Below are positions 47,295 through 56,579 of a stretch of DNA of 64,000 bases, piece by piece; within the stretch, counting starts at the first letter, position 1, and every line of letters starts with the position of its first letter. This stretch comes from Chloroflexia bacterium (GTDB lineage Bacteria; Chloroflexota; Chloroflexia; QHBQ01; JADMIH01), in contig DASWMJ010000002.1 of the NCBI GenBank assembly GCA_036399775.1, positions 1,123-65,122 on the forward strand. The letters are read 5' to 3'. The translations under genes were made by a program, and so were the position numbers. Below the pieces are notes generated by a model. The model did no database searches, was not told the origin of the DNA, and saw nothing but the letters and a program-made list of their open reading frames with translations.

Positions 47295-48560
47295 TTACGC
47301 CTCGTCCAGTAGCGGCAGCAAACGGGAGTGGAACAGCATACCCCATGTGTAAGTCGAGAGGACTTTGCGGCGCATGGCGGCCACGCCTGGTCCCTGTAGC
47401 TGGTTTAGTATCATGTCCGCAATCATGGCCGGGTCGTCTGTGGTTTGGAAGTAGAAGGCGTTCTCGCCGCCTACTTCCCTGAGAACGGGTATGTCAGTGC
47501 AGAATATGGGCATACGCACCAGGCCCGCTTCCAGGGTGGGGAGGCCAAAGCCTTCCTGTATGCTCGTGACCAGCAGCACGTCCGACCACCAGTATAACTC
47601 AGTCATCAGCGCATCGCTCACTTCCAGCTTCGCGCCGCGCTCACCCTCCAACGCCAGGAAGACAACTTCGTCCTCCAACCGCGCCTCTAGCCTCTGCTGC
47701 ATCAGTTCCTGGAGATACTCGTTGGAGCGGATGTTATGCGGGCCGGGCGGGCCTGTTACCAGCAAGAGTGGGCTGCACCCCCTGTCGCGCAGGGCAGCAG
47801 TGACGGCGATAGCCAACTCAAGGTTCTTGCGCCGGGTGATACGCACGGGGGCCAGCAACACGCAGTCGCGCTCGTCCCACCGGAGCCATTGTCGAAGATC
47901 GGCCATCTTTACGGAGGTGGGGATGAAGGCTGTGGGGTCTATCCCGTTGGGCACGAGGTGAATACTGCTCAGAGGCATATTGAAGAGGCCAGCCATCTCT
48001 GCCTGGCGTTGCTCGGAGATAGCCACGTATGTGACGTTCGGAAGGCGCGTCTTCAGCACGGTCCAGGGCCACCGGGGCAGCAGCTCGCCGCTATAGAGGG
48101 GGTTAGTCCAGGCAAGATCGTGGCACCATGCTAGCCAGCGTGCGGCCCCCTGGCGCTCGGCCAGGCGAGCCAGGGCGACGGTCAGCGCCAGGTTCTTGTG
48201 GAGCGTGAAAGCGTTATGGACGATACATGCGTCCGCGCCATCGAGAGCGTTCCGCAAGAGGTTGTATATGCGCTCTACCCAGCGCTCAAAGGCCTCTTCG
48301 GCCCAGCTTTCACCGGCAAGCAGCGCGGCCTGGACCTCCAGGATTTCGGGGTGGCGCGAATCGATCTCCGGGATAACCTGTCCCTGGTGGCCGAGGTCGT
48401 GGGGGTTGCCCCGCCCGGTGAGGATGTAAGGCATATCGCCCTCTTTATCGAGGAGGCGGGCGTGGGTTGACATTATGCTCTCAACTCCGCCGATGACCGG
48501 ATAGGAGGCGTAATGCAAAATGGCTACTTTGCGGGGACGATGGGCGTGGGGTGCGGTCAT
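47295..48560 (-). CDS. glycosyltransferase family 4 (GT-B, GT1 superfamily)
   Basis: GT4 layout with the EX7E-like region VTSIQEGFGLPTLEAG. Confidence 0.75.
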   Translation of the reverse strand: MTAPHAHRPRKVAILHYASYPVIGGVESIMSTHARLLDKEGDMPYILTGRGNPHDLGHQGQVIPEIDSRHPEILEVQAALLAGESWAEEAFERWVERIYNLLRNALDGADACIVHNAFTLHKNLALTVALARLAERQGAARWLAWCHDLAWTNPLYSGELLPRWPWTVLKTRLPNVTYVAISEQRQAEMAGLFNMPLSSIHLVPNGIDPTAFIPTSVKMADLRQWLRWDERDCVLLAPVRITRRKNLELAIAVTAALRDRGCSPLLLVTGPPGPHNIRSNEYLQELMQQRLEARLEDEVVFLALEGERGAKLEVSDALMTELYWWSDVLLVTSIQEGFGLPTLEAGLVRMPIFCTDIPVLREVGGENAFYFQTTDDPAMIADMILNQLQGPGVAAMRRKVLSTYTWGMLFHSRLLPLLDEA

Positions 48561-49118
48561 GCGCGGTTAGCTTCTTTCTCCTTAAGAAAAGGGGTCAGGG
48601 GTTAGGGGTCAGGACCGGTGTATCTTTCATTCATTATGGTAGGGCCTGTTTACTCTCCGCTTTCCGCTCGTTGATAGGCAGGCGGCCAGGAAGAGGGTAC
48701 AAACCCTCAATAATCACACAAAACAGATGGAGGCGAGGGATTGAGGATGAGTAGGCAGTTCCTGAGAAGGGCACCGTGTATGCGCCTTGTGCCCCGCATC
48801 TACCTCAGTCTGCCGCACCATTATAAGGAGCGTGGATAGAAGCGTCAAGGATAGACATAAACACGCCAGTGGAGAAAGAGGTAGAGATGCGTGTCAAGCA
48901 CTTAAGTGCGCGAAATTATGTGCGTGGAGGGTGGCTTTGGCAGGCTAAGACATATAGAATCGCGCTGAGGCTGTGTTGCCGGTCAATCTTTACTTGACTC
49001 TGGATGGTAAAATGGAGGGCAAGAGGGGATAGAAGAGACGTGCGTACAGGGCACGGCTCAAGATAAAGGCAAATGAGCATCCGGCGCGCATCTGCCCCAT
49101 CTCCCCAGGAGGAACGAT

Positions 49119-50648
49119 ATGATGCCCCGCGTAAACTCCCCTACCCACGTACTAATCGCCGCCTTCACTCTGGGCTGGTTCGCGGACCTGCTCTTCTACG
49201 GCAAAGACCTCGGCATATCGGCCCTTATTTTCGTGCTGCTCGTCCTTGCAACCCTTTACCTGCTGAGCAGGCAGGAAGATGTCAGGCCCGCCCGGCGCAA
49301 CCTCTGGCTGATGCTGCCCACGCTTTTCTTCGCGGGCATGGTATCACTGCACGCTAACTTCTTCTTATCGGCCCTCAATGTGCTGGCTGTGATTACGCTC
49401 CTGGGGCTAGTCGCCTATTTCTACTCGGCGGGCCGCGTCGAGCGGCTGGGCATTTTCGGCTATCCTATCGCGCTCATCCTCGCGGGGGCGCACGCCATCG
49501 CGCTGGCGGTGCCCCTGGTGCCTGCGAGTATGGACGTGGAGGCCGTCCGCAAGAAGAGCCTGCCTGTTTTAGTACCGCTTGCTCGCGGCCTCCTGCTGGC
49601 GCTGCCTGTCCTGAGTATCTTTACGTGCCTGCTCGCCTCAGCCGATATGGTGTTCGCCAGCTACCTTACCGGCATCTTCCGGCTGGACGTCCTGGCGGAC
49701 TTGCAGGAGATGGCGCTACATGTGCTGATAATCACATGGATAGCCTGGCTCCTGGCCGGGGGTATCGTTTACGCGCTGGGTCGCAGGCAGCAGGCGCAGG
49801 CATCGGGAGACGAGCCGTGGGAAGATGCGTTGAAGAGCATACCCCGCATGATAGGGTTCGTGGAAGCCACTACCCTGCTGGTGCTGGTGGACTTGCTCTT
49901 CCTGTCGTTCGGCCTGATCCAGTTCGCCTATCTATTTGGCGGGCAGAACAATATCACCGCAGAGGGCTTTACCTACGCGGACTACGCCAGGCGGGGCTTC
50001 TTCGAGTTGATAGCCGTATCGGTGCTGACGCTGGGCCTGATACTGGGGCTGCATCGCCTCGTCCCACGCAATTCCAGGCGGCAAGCGGCCATTTTCAACG
50101 GATTGAGCAGCGTTATGGTGGGGCTTGTGCTGGTGTTGCTGGCGTCGGCTTTCTGGCGCATGCTCCTCTACCAGGAGGCGTATGGATTTACCCACCTGCG
50201 ACTCTACGTTCACATTTTCGAGATATGGCTGGCGATCACGTTCCTGTGGCTCCTCGTTACGCTGTGGGTGATGCCCAACCGCTTCGCCATAGGCGGCTTC
50301 GTCGCGGCGCTGGGCTTCCTGGTGACGCTGAACATCGCTAACCCCGACGTGCTCATAGCTGAGCGGAACCTCGACCGCTACTATACGACGGGTAAGCTCG
50401 ATGTGGCCTACCTGACCGGCCTATCGGAAGATGCTGTGCCGCTACTCACCCAGGCCGCAGACCGGATGGGAGGACCTGAGGGGGAGTTGCTGAGGAGAAA
50501 CCTCGACCGGCGCAAAGAGCAGATGGACGCAAGCGTAGGATGGAGAGAGTGGCCCGCCTTCCACCTGGCACGCATGCAGGCATACGACGCGCTAACGGCG
50601 AGAGAGGCCCTCTTGCAGAAGCAGACCTCCGGCAAGGGTAGCCCTTAA
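49119..50648 (+). CDS. DUF4173-like polytopic membrane protein
   Basis: At least 10 predicted TM helices. N-terminus LGWFADLLFYGK resembles the DUF4173 family. Confidence 0.5.
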   Translation: MMPRVNSPTHVLIAAFTLGWFADLLFYGKDLGISALIFVLLVLATLYLLSRQEDVRPARRNLWLMLPTLFFAGMVSLHANFFLSALNVLAVITLLGLVAYFYSAGRVERLGIFGYPIALILAGAHAIALAVPLVPASMDVEAVRKKSLPVLVPLARGLLLALPVLSIFTCLLASADMVFASYLTGIFRLDVLADLQEMALHVLIITWIAWLLAGGIVYALGRRQQAQASGDEPWEDALKSIPRMIGFVEATTLLVLVDLLFLSFGLIQFAYLFGGQNNITAEGFTYADYARRGFFELIAVSVLTLGLILGLHRLVPRNSRRQAAIFNGLSSVMVGLVLVLLASAFWRMLLYQEAYGFTHLRLYVHIFEIWLAITFLWLLVTLWVMPNRFAIGGFVAALGFLVTLNIANPDVLIAERNLDRYYTTGKLDVAYLTGLSEDAVPLLTQAADRMGGPEGELLRRNLDRRKEQMDASVGWREWPAFHLARMQAYDALTAREALLQKQTSGKGSP

Positions 50649-50649
50649 G

Positions 50650-50696
50650 TTCAAAAATAAGAAAATGGGCGGCGCCGCCCATTTTCTTATTTTTGA
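50650..50696. terminator. perfect palindromic bidirectional intrinsic terminator
   Basis: TTCAAAAATAAGAAAATGGGCGGCGCCGCCCATTTTCTTATTTTTGAA: GC-core stem flanked by A/T tracts, between convergent genes. Confidence 0.65.
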
Positions 50697-50724
50697 ACTC
50701 TCACCTCGCTAGGGAGTAAGCAGT

Positions 50725-52188
50725 CTAATACCTCGGCAGGGAGGGGTCAATCTGCTCGGCCCAGGCGTTGATGCCGCCACGCAGGTTCCACAGCTTGCGA
50801 AAGCCTAACTGTCGTAGCGACTCGACGGCGCGGGCGCTGCGCGTGCCGCCCTTGCAGTAGACCACTATCTCGTCCGCCGTGCTCAGTTCGTTGGCGCGGG
50901 CGGTGACGCTGTTCACGGGGATGAAGCGCGCGCCGGGCAGCCTCACTATGTCCCACTCGTTCTGCTCGCGCACGTCCAGCAGCACCAGATCGTCGCCCGC
51001 TTCGAGGCGCGCCTTCAACTCGCGTGGGGTGATGTCGCGATCTGTCTCACCGCGCTCCGTCTGCGGGTTGATGCCGCAGAATAGCTGGTAGTCAATCAGT
51101 TCGGTCACGGTAGGGTGTTCGCCGCACACCGGGCACTCCGGGTCCTTGTGCAGCTTCAACTCGCGGAAGCGCATCTTGAGCGCGTCGTACAGCATGAGCC
51201 GCCCGATGAGAGGCTCGCCAATGCCCAGCAGCAGCTTGATCGTCTCGGTCGCCTGGATCGTGCCGATGGTGCCCGGCAGGATGCCCAGCACTCCACCCTC
51301 CGCGCACGATGGCACCAGCCCAGGCGGGGGAGGCTCAGGGTAGAGGCACCTGTAGCACGGGCCGTGCTCTGCCCAAAACACCGACGCCTGCCCCTCGAAG
51401 CGGAAGATGCTGCCGTAGACGTTCGGCTTGCCCAGCAGCACGCAAGCGTCGTTCACAAGGTAGCGCGTGGGGAAGTTGTCGGTGCCGTCCACTATCACAT
51501 CATAGGGGCCGAACAGTTCCAGCGCGTTCTCGGACGTGACGGGGAAAGGGTAGGTGTCCACTCGCACGTTGGGGTTGATGCCCAGGATGCGGGCCTTCGC
51601 GCTCTCCAGCTTGGGAGTGCCTATCGCGTCCGTAGAGTGTATCACCTGACGCTGGAGGTTGCTCTCGTCAACCACGTCGAAGTCCACGATGCCGATGCGC
51701 CCCACGCCCGCAGCCGCCAGGTAGAGGGCCAGGGGCGACCCCAGCCCGCCCGCGCCTATCAGGAGCACGCTGCTGCTCTTGAGCTTCTTCTGCCCCTCCA
51801 TGCCCACTTCCGGCACTATCAGGTGGCGGCTGTAGCGCCGTATCTCTTCGTGCGATAGCTGGTCGTCGTGGCCGTTGTGTGTTACGGGAGGCGGCGGGGC
51901 CAGGGTCGCCCCTGCGCGCCCGCCCGCGATGGCCGGGATGATGGAGATGGTGTCGCTCTCGGTGACGGGCGTCTCGCCCTTCTGCAAGTAGCGCACGTCT
52001 TCATCGTTCAGGTAGATGTTCACGAAGTTGCGGAGCTTACCGCTCTCGTTGTATATCTGCTTGCGGAGGTCGGCGTACTGGGCGGTCAGCTCGCCCAACA
52101 CCGCGTCAACCGTGTCGCCCGCCAGCGTCACTTCTTCTTGCTGGCCCGCGTACTGCCGCAAGGCCGTAGGGATTATTATCGTTGCCAT
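50725..52188 (-). CDS. moeZ: ThiS/MoaD-like sulfur carrier fused to MoeZ-type E1 adenylyltransferase and C-terminal rhodanese
   Basis: N-terminal beta-grasp ending ...IIPAIAGG, then linker. ThiF nucleotide motif GAGGLGSPLALYLAAAGVG. Zn CYRC...CPVCG. Rhodanese active site YCKGGTRS. Confidence 0.8.
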   Translation of the reverse strand: MATIIIPTALRQYAGQQEEVTLAGDTVDAVLGELTAQYADLRKQIYNESGKLRNFVNIYLNDEDVRYLQKGETPVTESDTISIIPAIAGGRAGATLAPPPPVTHNGHDDQLSHEEIRRYSRHLIVPEVGMEGQKKLKSSSVLLIGAGGLGSPLALYLAAAGVGRIGIVDFDVVDESNLQRQVIHSTDAIGTPKLESAKARILGINPNVRVDTYPFPVTSENALELFGPYDVIVDGTDNFPTRYLVNDACVLLGKPNVYGSIFRFEGQASVFWAEHGPCYRCLYPEPPPPGLVPSCAEGGVLGILPGTIGTIQATETIKLLLGIGEPLIGRLMLYDALKMRFRELKLHKDPECPVCGEHPTVTELIDYQLFCGINPQTERGETDRDITPRELKARLEAGDDLVLLDVREQNEWDIVRLPGARFIPVNSVTARANELSTADEIVVYCKGGTRSARAVESLRQLGFRKLWNLRGGINAWAEQIDPSLPRY

Positions 52189-52192
52189 AGCT

Positions 52193-52657
52193 TTATGCTT
52201 CTCCTTTAATGCTTGCTTGTGTTATTAGTGGCTCTGTGAGTAATCTTTCCTCGTCGAAAGCGCTGCGGTCCTCACACAACCGCCATGCTCGCATCTCGGC
52301 GGCACGCCCATCCCTAATCGATACGATGATATAGCTCCACGAGGTCCAGGCGGCATGGTCGCGGTCATAGTCCGAGGGCCGCGCCGCCTCATTGGGGTGC
52401 GAGTGGTAGACCCCCAGCACGTCCAGCTTCTCCTGCCGCGCCTTCCGCTCTGCCCGAAACATAGCCTCCGGCGTAATCAGGTAGCGATGGTATTTCTCCC
52501 CCGCCTCGAAGGAGTTCTCTATAGGCATCAATGCCCGTATAATGCGTTCGCCGCCCGCGTCTTTGCCCAGCAGCAGCCCGCATATCTCGTCAGGATAGCC
52601 ACGCTCGCCATACCCGGCAATCGCGGCCTCCACTTCCTCAGTCAAATACAAAGCCAT
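52193..52657 (-). CDS. JAMM/MPN+ metalloprotease (Mec+-like)
   Basis: JAMM motif HSHPNEAARPSDYD (HxHx7Sx2D) and upstream EICGLLLG. Confidence 0.8.
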   Translation of the reverse strand: MALYLTEEVEAAIAGYGERGYPDEICGLLLGKDAGGERIIRALMPIENSFEAGEKYHRYLITPEAMFRAERKARQEKLDVLGVYHSHPNEAARPSDYDRDHAAWTSWSYIIVSIRDGRAAEMRAWRLCEDRSAFDEERLLTEPLITQASIKGEA

Positions 52658-52699
52658 TGTCTCTCCTGCGTAAAACGTATTGCGTAAGTTACTCTAGTT

Positions 52700-52743
52700 C
52701 CTGATCCCTGATCCCTGATCCCTGATCCCTGATCCCTGGTCAC
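52700..52743. repeat. (CCCTGAT)x5 tandem heptamer repeat
   Basis: Five perfect 7-mers between the JAMM gene start and the cysM stop. Confidence 0.55.
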
Positions 52744-53693
52744 TCGTTCCAGAAGCTGTCGCCCAGGTAGCGGCTGCCGCTGTCTGGGAGGATTGTTATT
52801 ACCACGCCTGTGTCTAACGATTGTGCTACCTGGAGAGAGGCCAGCACCGCCGCGCCGCCGGAGGGGCCAGCCAGGATGCCTTCATAGCGGGCCAGGGCGC
52901 GGGTGGCTGCCTGGGCGTCTTCGGTTTCTGCCGTGAGGTGGAGGTCCGCAAGGTCAGGGTTGTAGATACCGGGCACTAAGGCCGAGGGCATGTGCTTCAT
53001 ACCTTCCAGGCCATGAAACGCCGAGGCGGGCTGCACCTCTGCTACCTGGATGGCAGGGTTGTACGCCTTGAGCCGCCGGGCCGTGCCTGTGAAGGTGCCG
53101 CTCGTGCCCAGGACGGCTATGAAGTGCGTCACGCGGCCAGATGTCTGCCGCCAGATTTCGGGGCCGGTGCCGTAGAAGTGGGCCTGCCAGTTGGCGGGGT
53201 TGTTGTACTGGTCGGGGTAGAAGTAACGTTCCGGCGTTTCGGCGTAGAGGCGGCGGGCTTCCAGGATAGCGCCATCGGTGCCCAACGCGCCCGGTGTGTC
53301 TAATACCTTCGCGCCGTACAACCTGAGCAATTGTTTGCGTTCAGGGCTGGCGGTGGAAGGGAGGCATATCTCCACCGGGTAGCCCAGCGTCGCGCCGATC
53401 ATTGAGTAGGAGATGCCGGTGTTGCCGGAACTCGCGTCGAGGATGGTCTTGCCGGGCGACAACAGGCCGCGCCTCTCGCCGTCGCGGATCATGTAGAGGG
53501 CTGCCCTGTCTTTCACCGAGCCGCCCGGGTTGAACCACTCGGCCTTCGCGTAAATCTCGACGCCGGGCCGCACTCCGTACTCGTTGGCTATGCGGGCGAG
53601 CCTCAGCAAGGGCGTGTTGCCGATCTGCGAGGTTATATATGCATCTGCCGCTTCCGGCTGAAGTGCAGGAGTATATTCGTGTATAGCTACCAT
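52740..53693 (-). CDS. cysM: cysteine synthase (CysM/CysO-dependent type, PLP-dependent)
   Basis: PLP lysine motif SVKDRAA and SSGNTGISYS. In an operon with the JAMM and ThiS-E1 genes. Confidence 0.85.
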   Translation of the reverse strand: MVAIHEYTPALQPEAADAYITSQIGNTPLLRLARIANEYGVRPGVEIYAKAEWFNPGGSVKDRAALYMIRDGERRGLLSPGKTILDASSGNTGISYSMIGATLGYPVEICLPSTASPERKQLLRLYGAKVLDTPGALGTDGAILEARRLYAETPERYFYPDQYNNPANWQAHFYGTGPEIWRQTSGRVTHFIAVLGTSGTFTGTARRLKAYNPAIQVAEVQPASAFHGLEGMKHMPSALVPGIYNPDLADLHLTAETEDAQAATRALARYEGILAGPSGGAAVLASLQVAQSLDTGVVITILPDSGSRYLGDSFWNE

Positions 53694-54030
53694 AAATCAG
53701 TCACCTTCAAGGGAATACAAAAAAGGCCGGCCATTGTGGCCGACCCCAGGAATAACGCTATTCAGTCTATCGCTTCAGCGCCATTGCCGAGCGATGCCAG
53801 GTATCACATTTGGAGAGCCGGACCACACATGCAGGAGAGGCTGACCACGCGACACGTACAAGGACACGCGGCCAGCCGCAGACACAAGCAACAACACGCG
53901 CAAGCGCAGGGCAAGGGGCCGGTAGTATTATCTGCGGTTGTTATAGTTTCGGTGTTCATATATGCGAATTCGTACCATATGGCGCGAGTTGGTTTAGATG
54001 TTAACTATTATATCAAGAGTCCTCTCAAGT
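53694..54030 (-). promoter_or_regulatory. cysM promoter (TTGCCA-17-TATAAT) and about 300-nt leader ending in a terminator hairpin (GGTCGGCCACAATGGCCGGCC + UUUUUUG) 15 nt upstream of the RBS: candidate attenuator/riboswitch
   Basis: Minus-strand -35/-10 at about 54005-54033. An intrinsic terminator-like hairpin with U-tract sits immediately 5' of AAGGTGA-ATG. A long leader of this kind is atypical for this compact genome. Confidence 0.45.
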
Positions 54031-54192
54031 GGCAAGGGCTGCGTCGAGGTTGCGCCGGCACGCGCAGCCATTCAGGAATGATTACCCACATTGCTACTCT
54101 TCGAAGCCCCACCCAAGTCATGTTCCTGGCATCAGGCGCAACACAGACTCAAGCTTCGGGCACTCCTGACCTGAGTTCTAGCACTTCCACTC

Positions 54193-54810
54193 TTACTGGC
54201 CGCCGCCGATGAGATGAAACAGGTCCCGAATCGGCTTTATGTATACTTGATCGAATCCCCCGTTAAAGCTAACGGCGAAAACGGAGACGATCAGCATTCC
54301 TAGAAGCACCAGAATAAGCGATAGATTGTCTCGGTCCTGGTCAATGATGAACTGCTTGACCAAGACGATGATCACGAGCAAGAACATGCCATAAGAGAAG
54401 ACGGACGTAACGACGTCCTTTACGCTCTCGATGGTTCCGGCAATATTCATGTAGAACGTAAGCCACGAAAGTACCGGCGGAAACGTAACTGCACACAGGC
54501 CAAGTAAAACCTGGAATACGCCCACCGCTACAACCCAGGGCAGCTTTCCTCTAGCCTCCTCATCTCGACCTCCAGGGTCATACGAATTGGAAGTTGCCCG
54601 CCTAAAAACCCACGTGAAAATCAAGAATACAACGCCCAGGGCAATGACCCACCAACCGAGGCTGGGGTCATCACCAGTTGCCTGCGCGTTACCGGCGGAA
54701 CTTGCTCCGCTGGTGAGCAGGTTTGGCAGCAGGTCTGATCCGTTCAGGCGGGCAAGACATAGCTGCTTGCACCAGCTCTGAATAAGCTCCGAATTGTTCA
54801 GCATAGTCAA
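54193..54810 (-). CDS. hypothetical membrane protein (4 TM)
   Basis: Hydrophobic helices WWVIALGVVFLIFTWVF, WVVAVGVFQVLLGLCAVTF, and others. Confidence 0.5.
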   Translation of the reverse strand: MTMLNNSELIQSWCKQLCLARLNGSDLLPNLLTSGASSAGNAQATGDDPSLGWWVIALGVVFLIFTWVFRRATSNSYDPGGRDEEARGKLPWVVAVGVFQVLLGLCAVTFPPVLSWLTFYMNIAGTIESVKDVVTSVFSYGMFLLVIIVLVKQFIIDQDRDNLSLILVLLGMLIVSVFAVSFNGGFDQVYIKPIRDLFHLIGGGQ

Positions 54811-54987
54811 TTAAGGGGTTCACCCTCTTCGTGTACGCCACGAGATCAGCCGCTGTCATCGGAAAACCAAAAGGCCGTGCCCCATTCTAATGTTCAGCTC
54901 ATACAGAGTCAATGCAGCCAATTCTCAAGAGATAGACAACACTGCCGCTTCGTTATAAGATATAAGCAGTCGCTCAGGAGACCTCGT

Positions 54988-55524
54988 ATGGCGAAAACAC
55001 CCCTCACTCTGGACAGAGTGAACAGCTTGGGCCAATATCAATTCGTGGAGGCGCTCGGCTCGCTGTTTGAAGGCTCGCCCTGGATAGCCGAGGAGACATG
55101 GCACGCGCGCCCCTTCAAGGATATAGGGGATCTACATCATGCCTTATGTCGGGTGATGTACGACGCGCCAACCGAGAGAAAGCTGTCGCTCATCAAAGCG
55201 CACCCCGACCTGGTGGGTAGGGCTGCGCTTGCGGGAACGCTCACCCCCGAATCCACCAGGGAGCAGGCATCAGCCGGGCTGGACAATCTCACCCAGGAAG
55301 AGGTTGCCACTTTCACACGGCTGAACAACGCTTATCACGACAGGTTTGGCTTCCCCTTCGTGATATGCGCCCGCGAAAACAAGAAAGAGAGCATACTGGC
55401 AGGCTTCGACGCTCGCCTGCGCAATTCCCCAGAAGAGGAGATACAAACCGCCCTGGATGAGATAGCTAAGATAGCGAGGCTGCGCCTCCAGGACGCAGTG
55501 TTGACACCGCCCGATATACTATAG
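54988..55524 (+). CDS. uraD: OHCU decarboxylase
   Basis: AGGAG RBS. HPDLVGRAA...FGFPFVICAREN matches the OHCU decarboxylase family. Confidence 0.75.
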   Translation: MAKTPLTLDRVNSLGQYQFVEALGSLFEGSPWIAEETWHARPFKDIGDLHHALCRVMYDAPTERKLSLIKAHPDLVGRAALAGTLTPESTREQASAGLDNLTQEEVATFTRLNNAYHDRFGFPFVICARENKKESILAGFDARLRNSPEEEIQTALDEIAKIARLRLQDAVLTPPDIL

Positions 55525-55526
55525 GG

Positions 55527-55597
55527 ACGAGTACCGAGTACCGAGTACCGAGTACCGAGTACCGAGTGCTGAGCGCTGAGTGCTGAGTGCTGAGTAA
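55527..55597. repeat. (GAGTACC)x5 followed by (GAGTGCT)x4-like tandem heptamer repeats
   Basis: Perfect 7-nt periodicity in the uraD-uricase intergenic region. Confidence 0.55.
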
Positions 55598-55601
55598 CGT
55601 A

Positions 55602-55624
55602 GGCAATACGGACCACGCAATACG
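55602..55624. promoter_or_regulatory. direct-repeat motif GGCAATACG-N4-ACGCAATACG upstream of the uricase gene (candidate operator; second copy at 57833-57856)
   Basis: The same 10-mer pair with identical 4-nt spacing occurs immediately upstream of the allC start. Confidence 0.4.
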
Positions 55625-55655
55625 TTTTATGCATCAACTAACATAGGAGCGTGCT

Positions 55656-56579
55656 TTGAGCGCAGAGATTAGCTACGGCAAGGCGGAGATCAGCCTGTAC
55701 CGGATCTATGCCAGGCCTATGTCCGGCCTGACCGCCATCCCGGAGTCGGCGTTCACGGGCAGGGATAACAACCTCTTTGCGGTAGAGGTCGAGGTGGAGG
55801 TCTTTGGGGACAACTTCCTGCCTGCCTACACCGAAGGCGACAACTCTAATGTAGTTGCCACCGATACCATGAAGAACTTCGTGCTGCGTAAGGGGCTTGA
55901 GTACGAGGGGTCAACGCTGGAAGGCTTCCTCGACTTCCTGGGCGAGCAATTTTTGGCGACCTACCCGCAGATGCATACTCTTCGCCTCACCGGCAAGGAA
56001 CGGCCATTCGTCGCGGCGCGGGTGCCCTTAGAAGGCGGTACGTTTGGGGGGAGCAGCGTGCTCTACAGCCGTTCAAACGACGACTTCGCCATAGCCAGCC
56101 TCGATTTTAACCGCCAGGGTGGCATAGAGATAACCGCGCACAGGTGCGGGCGTGCGGGCTTGCAGCTAATCAAGCTGACCGGGAGCGCGTTCGCCAGCTT
56201 CGTGCGCGACGAGTTTACCACCCTGCCTGAGCGCGTGGATCGCCCCCTGCACATTTACATGGATGTTTACTGGAAGTATGTCGAGGTCGAGCAGGCGGTC
56301 TCTGCTGACTTATCAGGGTACGTTGCCGCCGAGCAGGTGCGCGACCTGTGCCAGGTGACTTTCCACGACTTCGTGAGCATGTCAATCCAGCACCTCCTCT
56401 ACGAGATGGGCAAGCGCCTGCTGGCGAGGTTTCCCCAGTTGGCCGAGGTGTCGTTCGAGGCGCAGAACCGCCTCTGGGACACCGCTTTCGTTTCCGACGC
56501 GAATGATAAGCTGAAGGTCTACACCGACCCGCGCCCGCCCTACGGTTCGATAAAGCTGGCGCTGACCCGCGATGAATAA
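55656..56579 (+). CDS. pucL: urate oxidase (uricase, cofactor-independent)
   Basis: YGKAEISLYRIYA...TDTMKNFV and overall tandem T-fold length. AGGAG RBS then TTG start. Confidence 0.8.
   Translation: MSAEISYGKAEISLYRIYARPMSGLTAIPESAFTGRDNNLFAVEVEVEVFGDNFLPAYTEGDNSNVVATDTMKNFVLRKGLEYEGSTLEGFLDFLGEQFLATYPQMHTLRLTGKERPFVAARVPLEGGTFGGSSVLYSRSNDDFAIASLDFNRQGGIEITAHRCGRAGLQLIKLTGSAFASFVRDEFTTLPERVDRPLHIYMDVYWKYVEVEQAVSADLSGYVAAEQVRDLCQVTFHDFVSMSIQHLLYEMGKRLLARFPQLAEVSFEAQNRLWDTAFVSDANDKLKVYTDPRPPYGSIKLALTRDE

Noticed and set aside
54014-54070. TTATATCAAGAG... resembling the 5' end of a SAM-I riboswitch on the + strand
   Set aside because: The downstream sequence lacks the GGAGGGA/GCAACC core elements, and both flanking genes are on the minus strand. 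The TTGATATAAT here is instead the -10 region of the minus-strand cysM promoter.
53679-54212. 177-aa + strand ORF in the cysM upstream region
   Set aside because: No RBS and compositionally odd. The region is better explained as the cysM promoter and leader.
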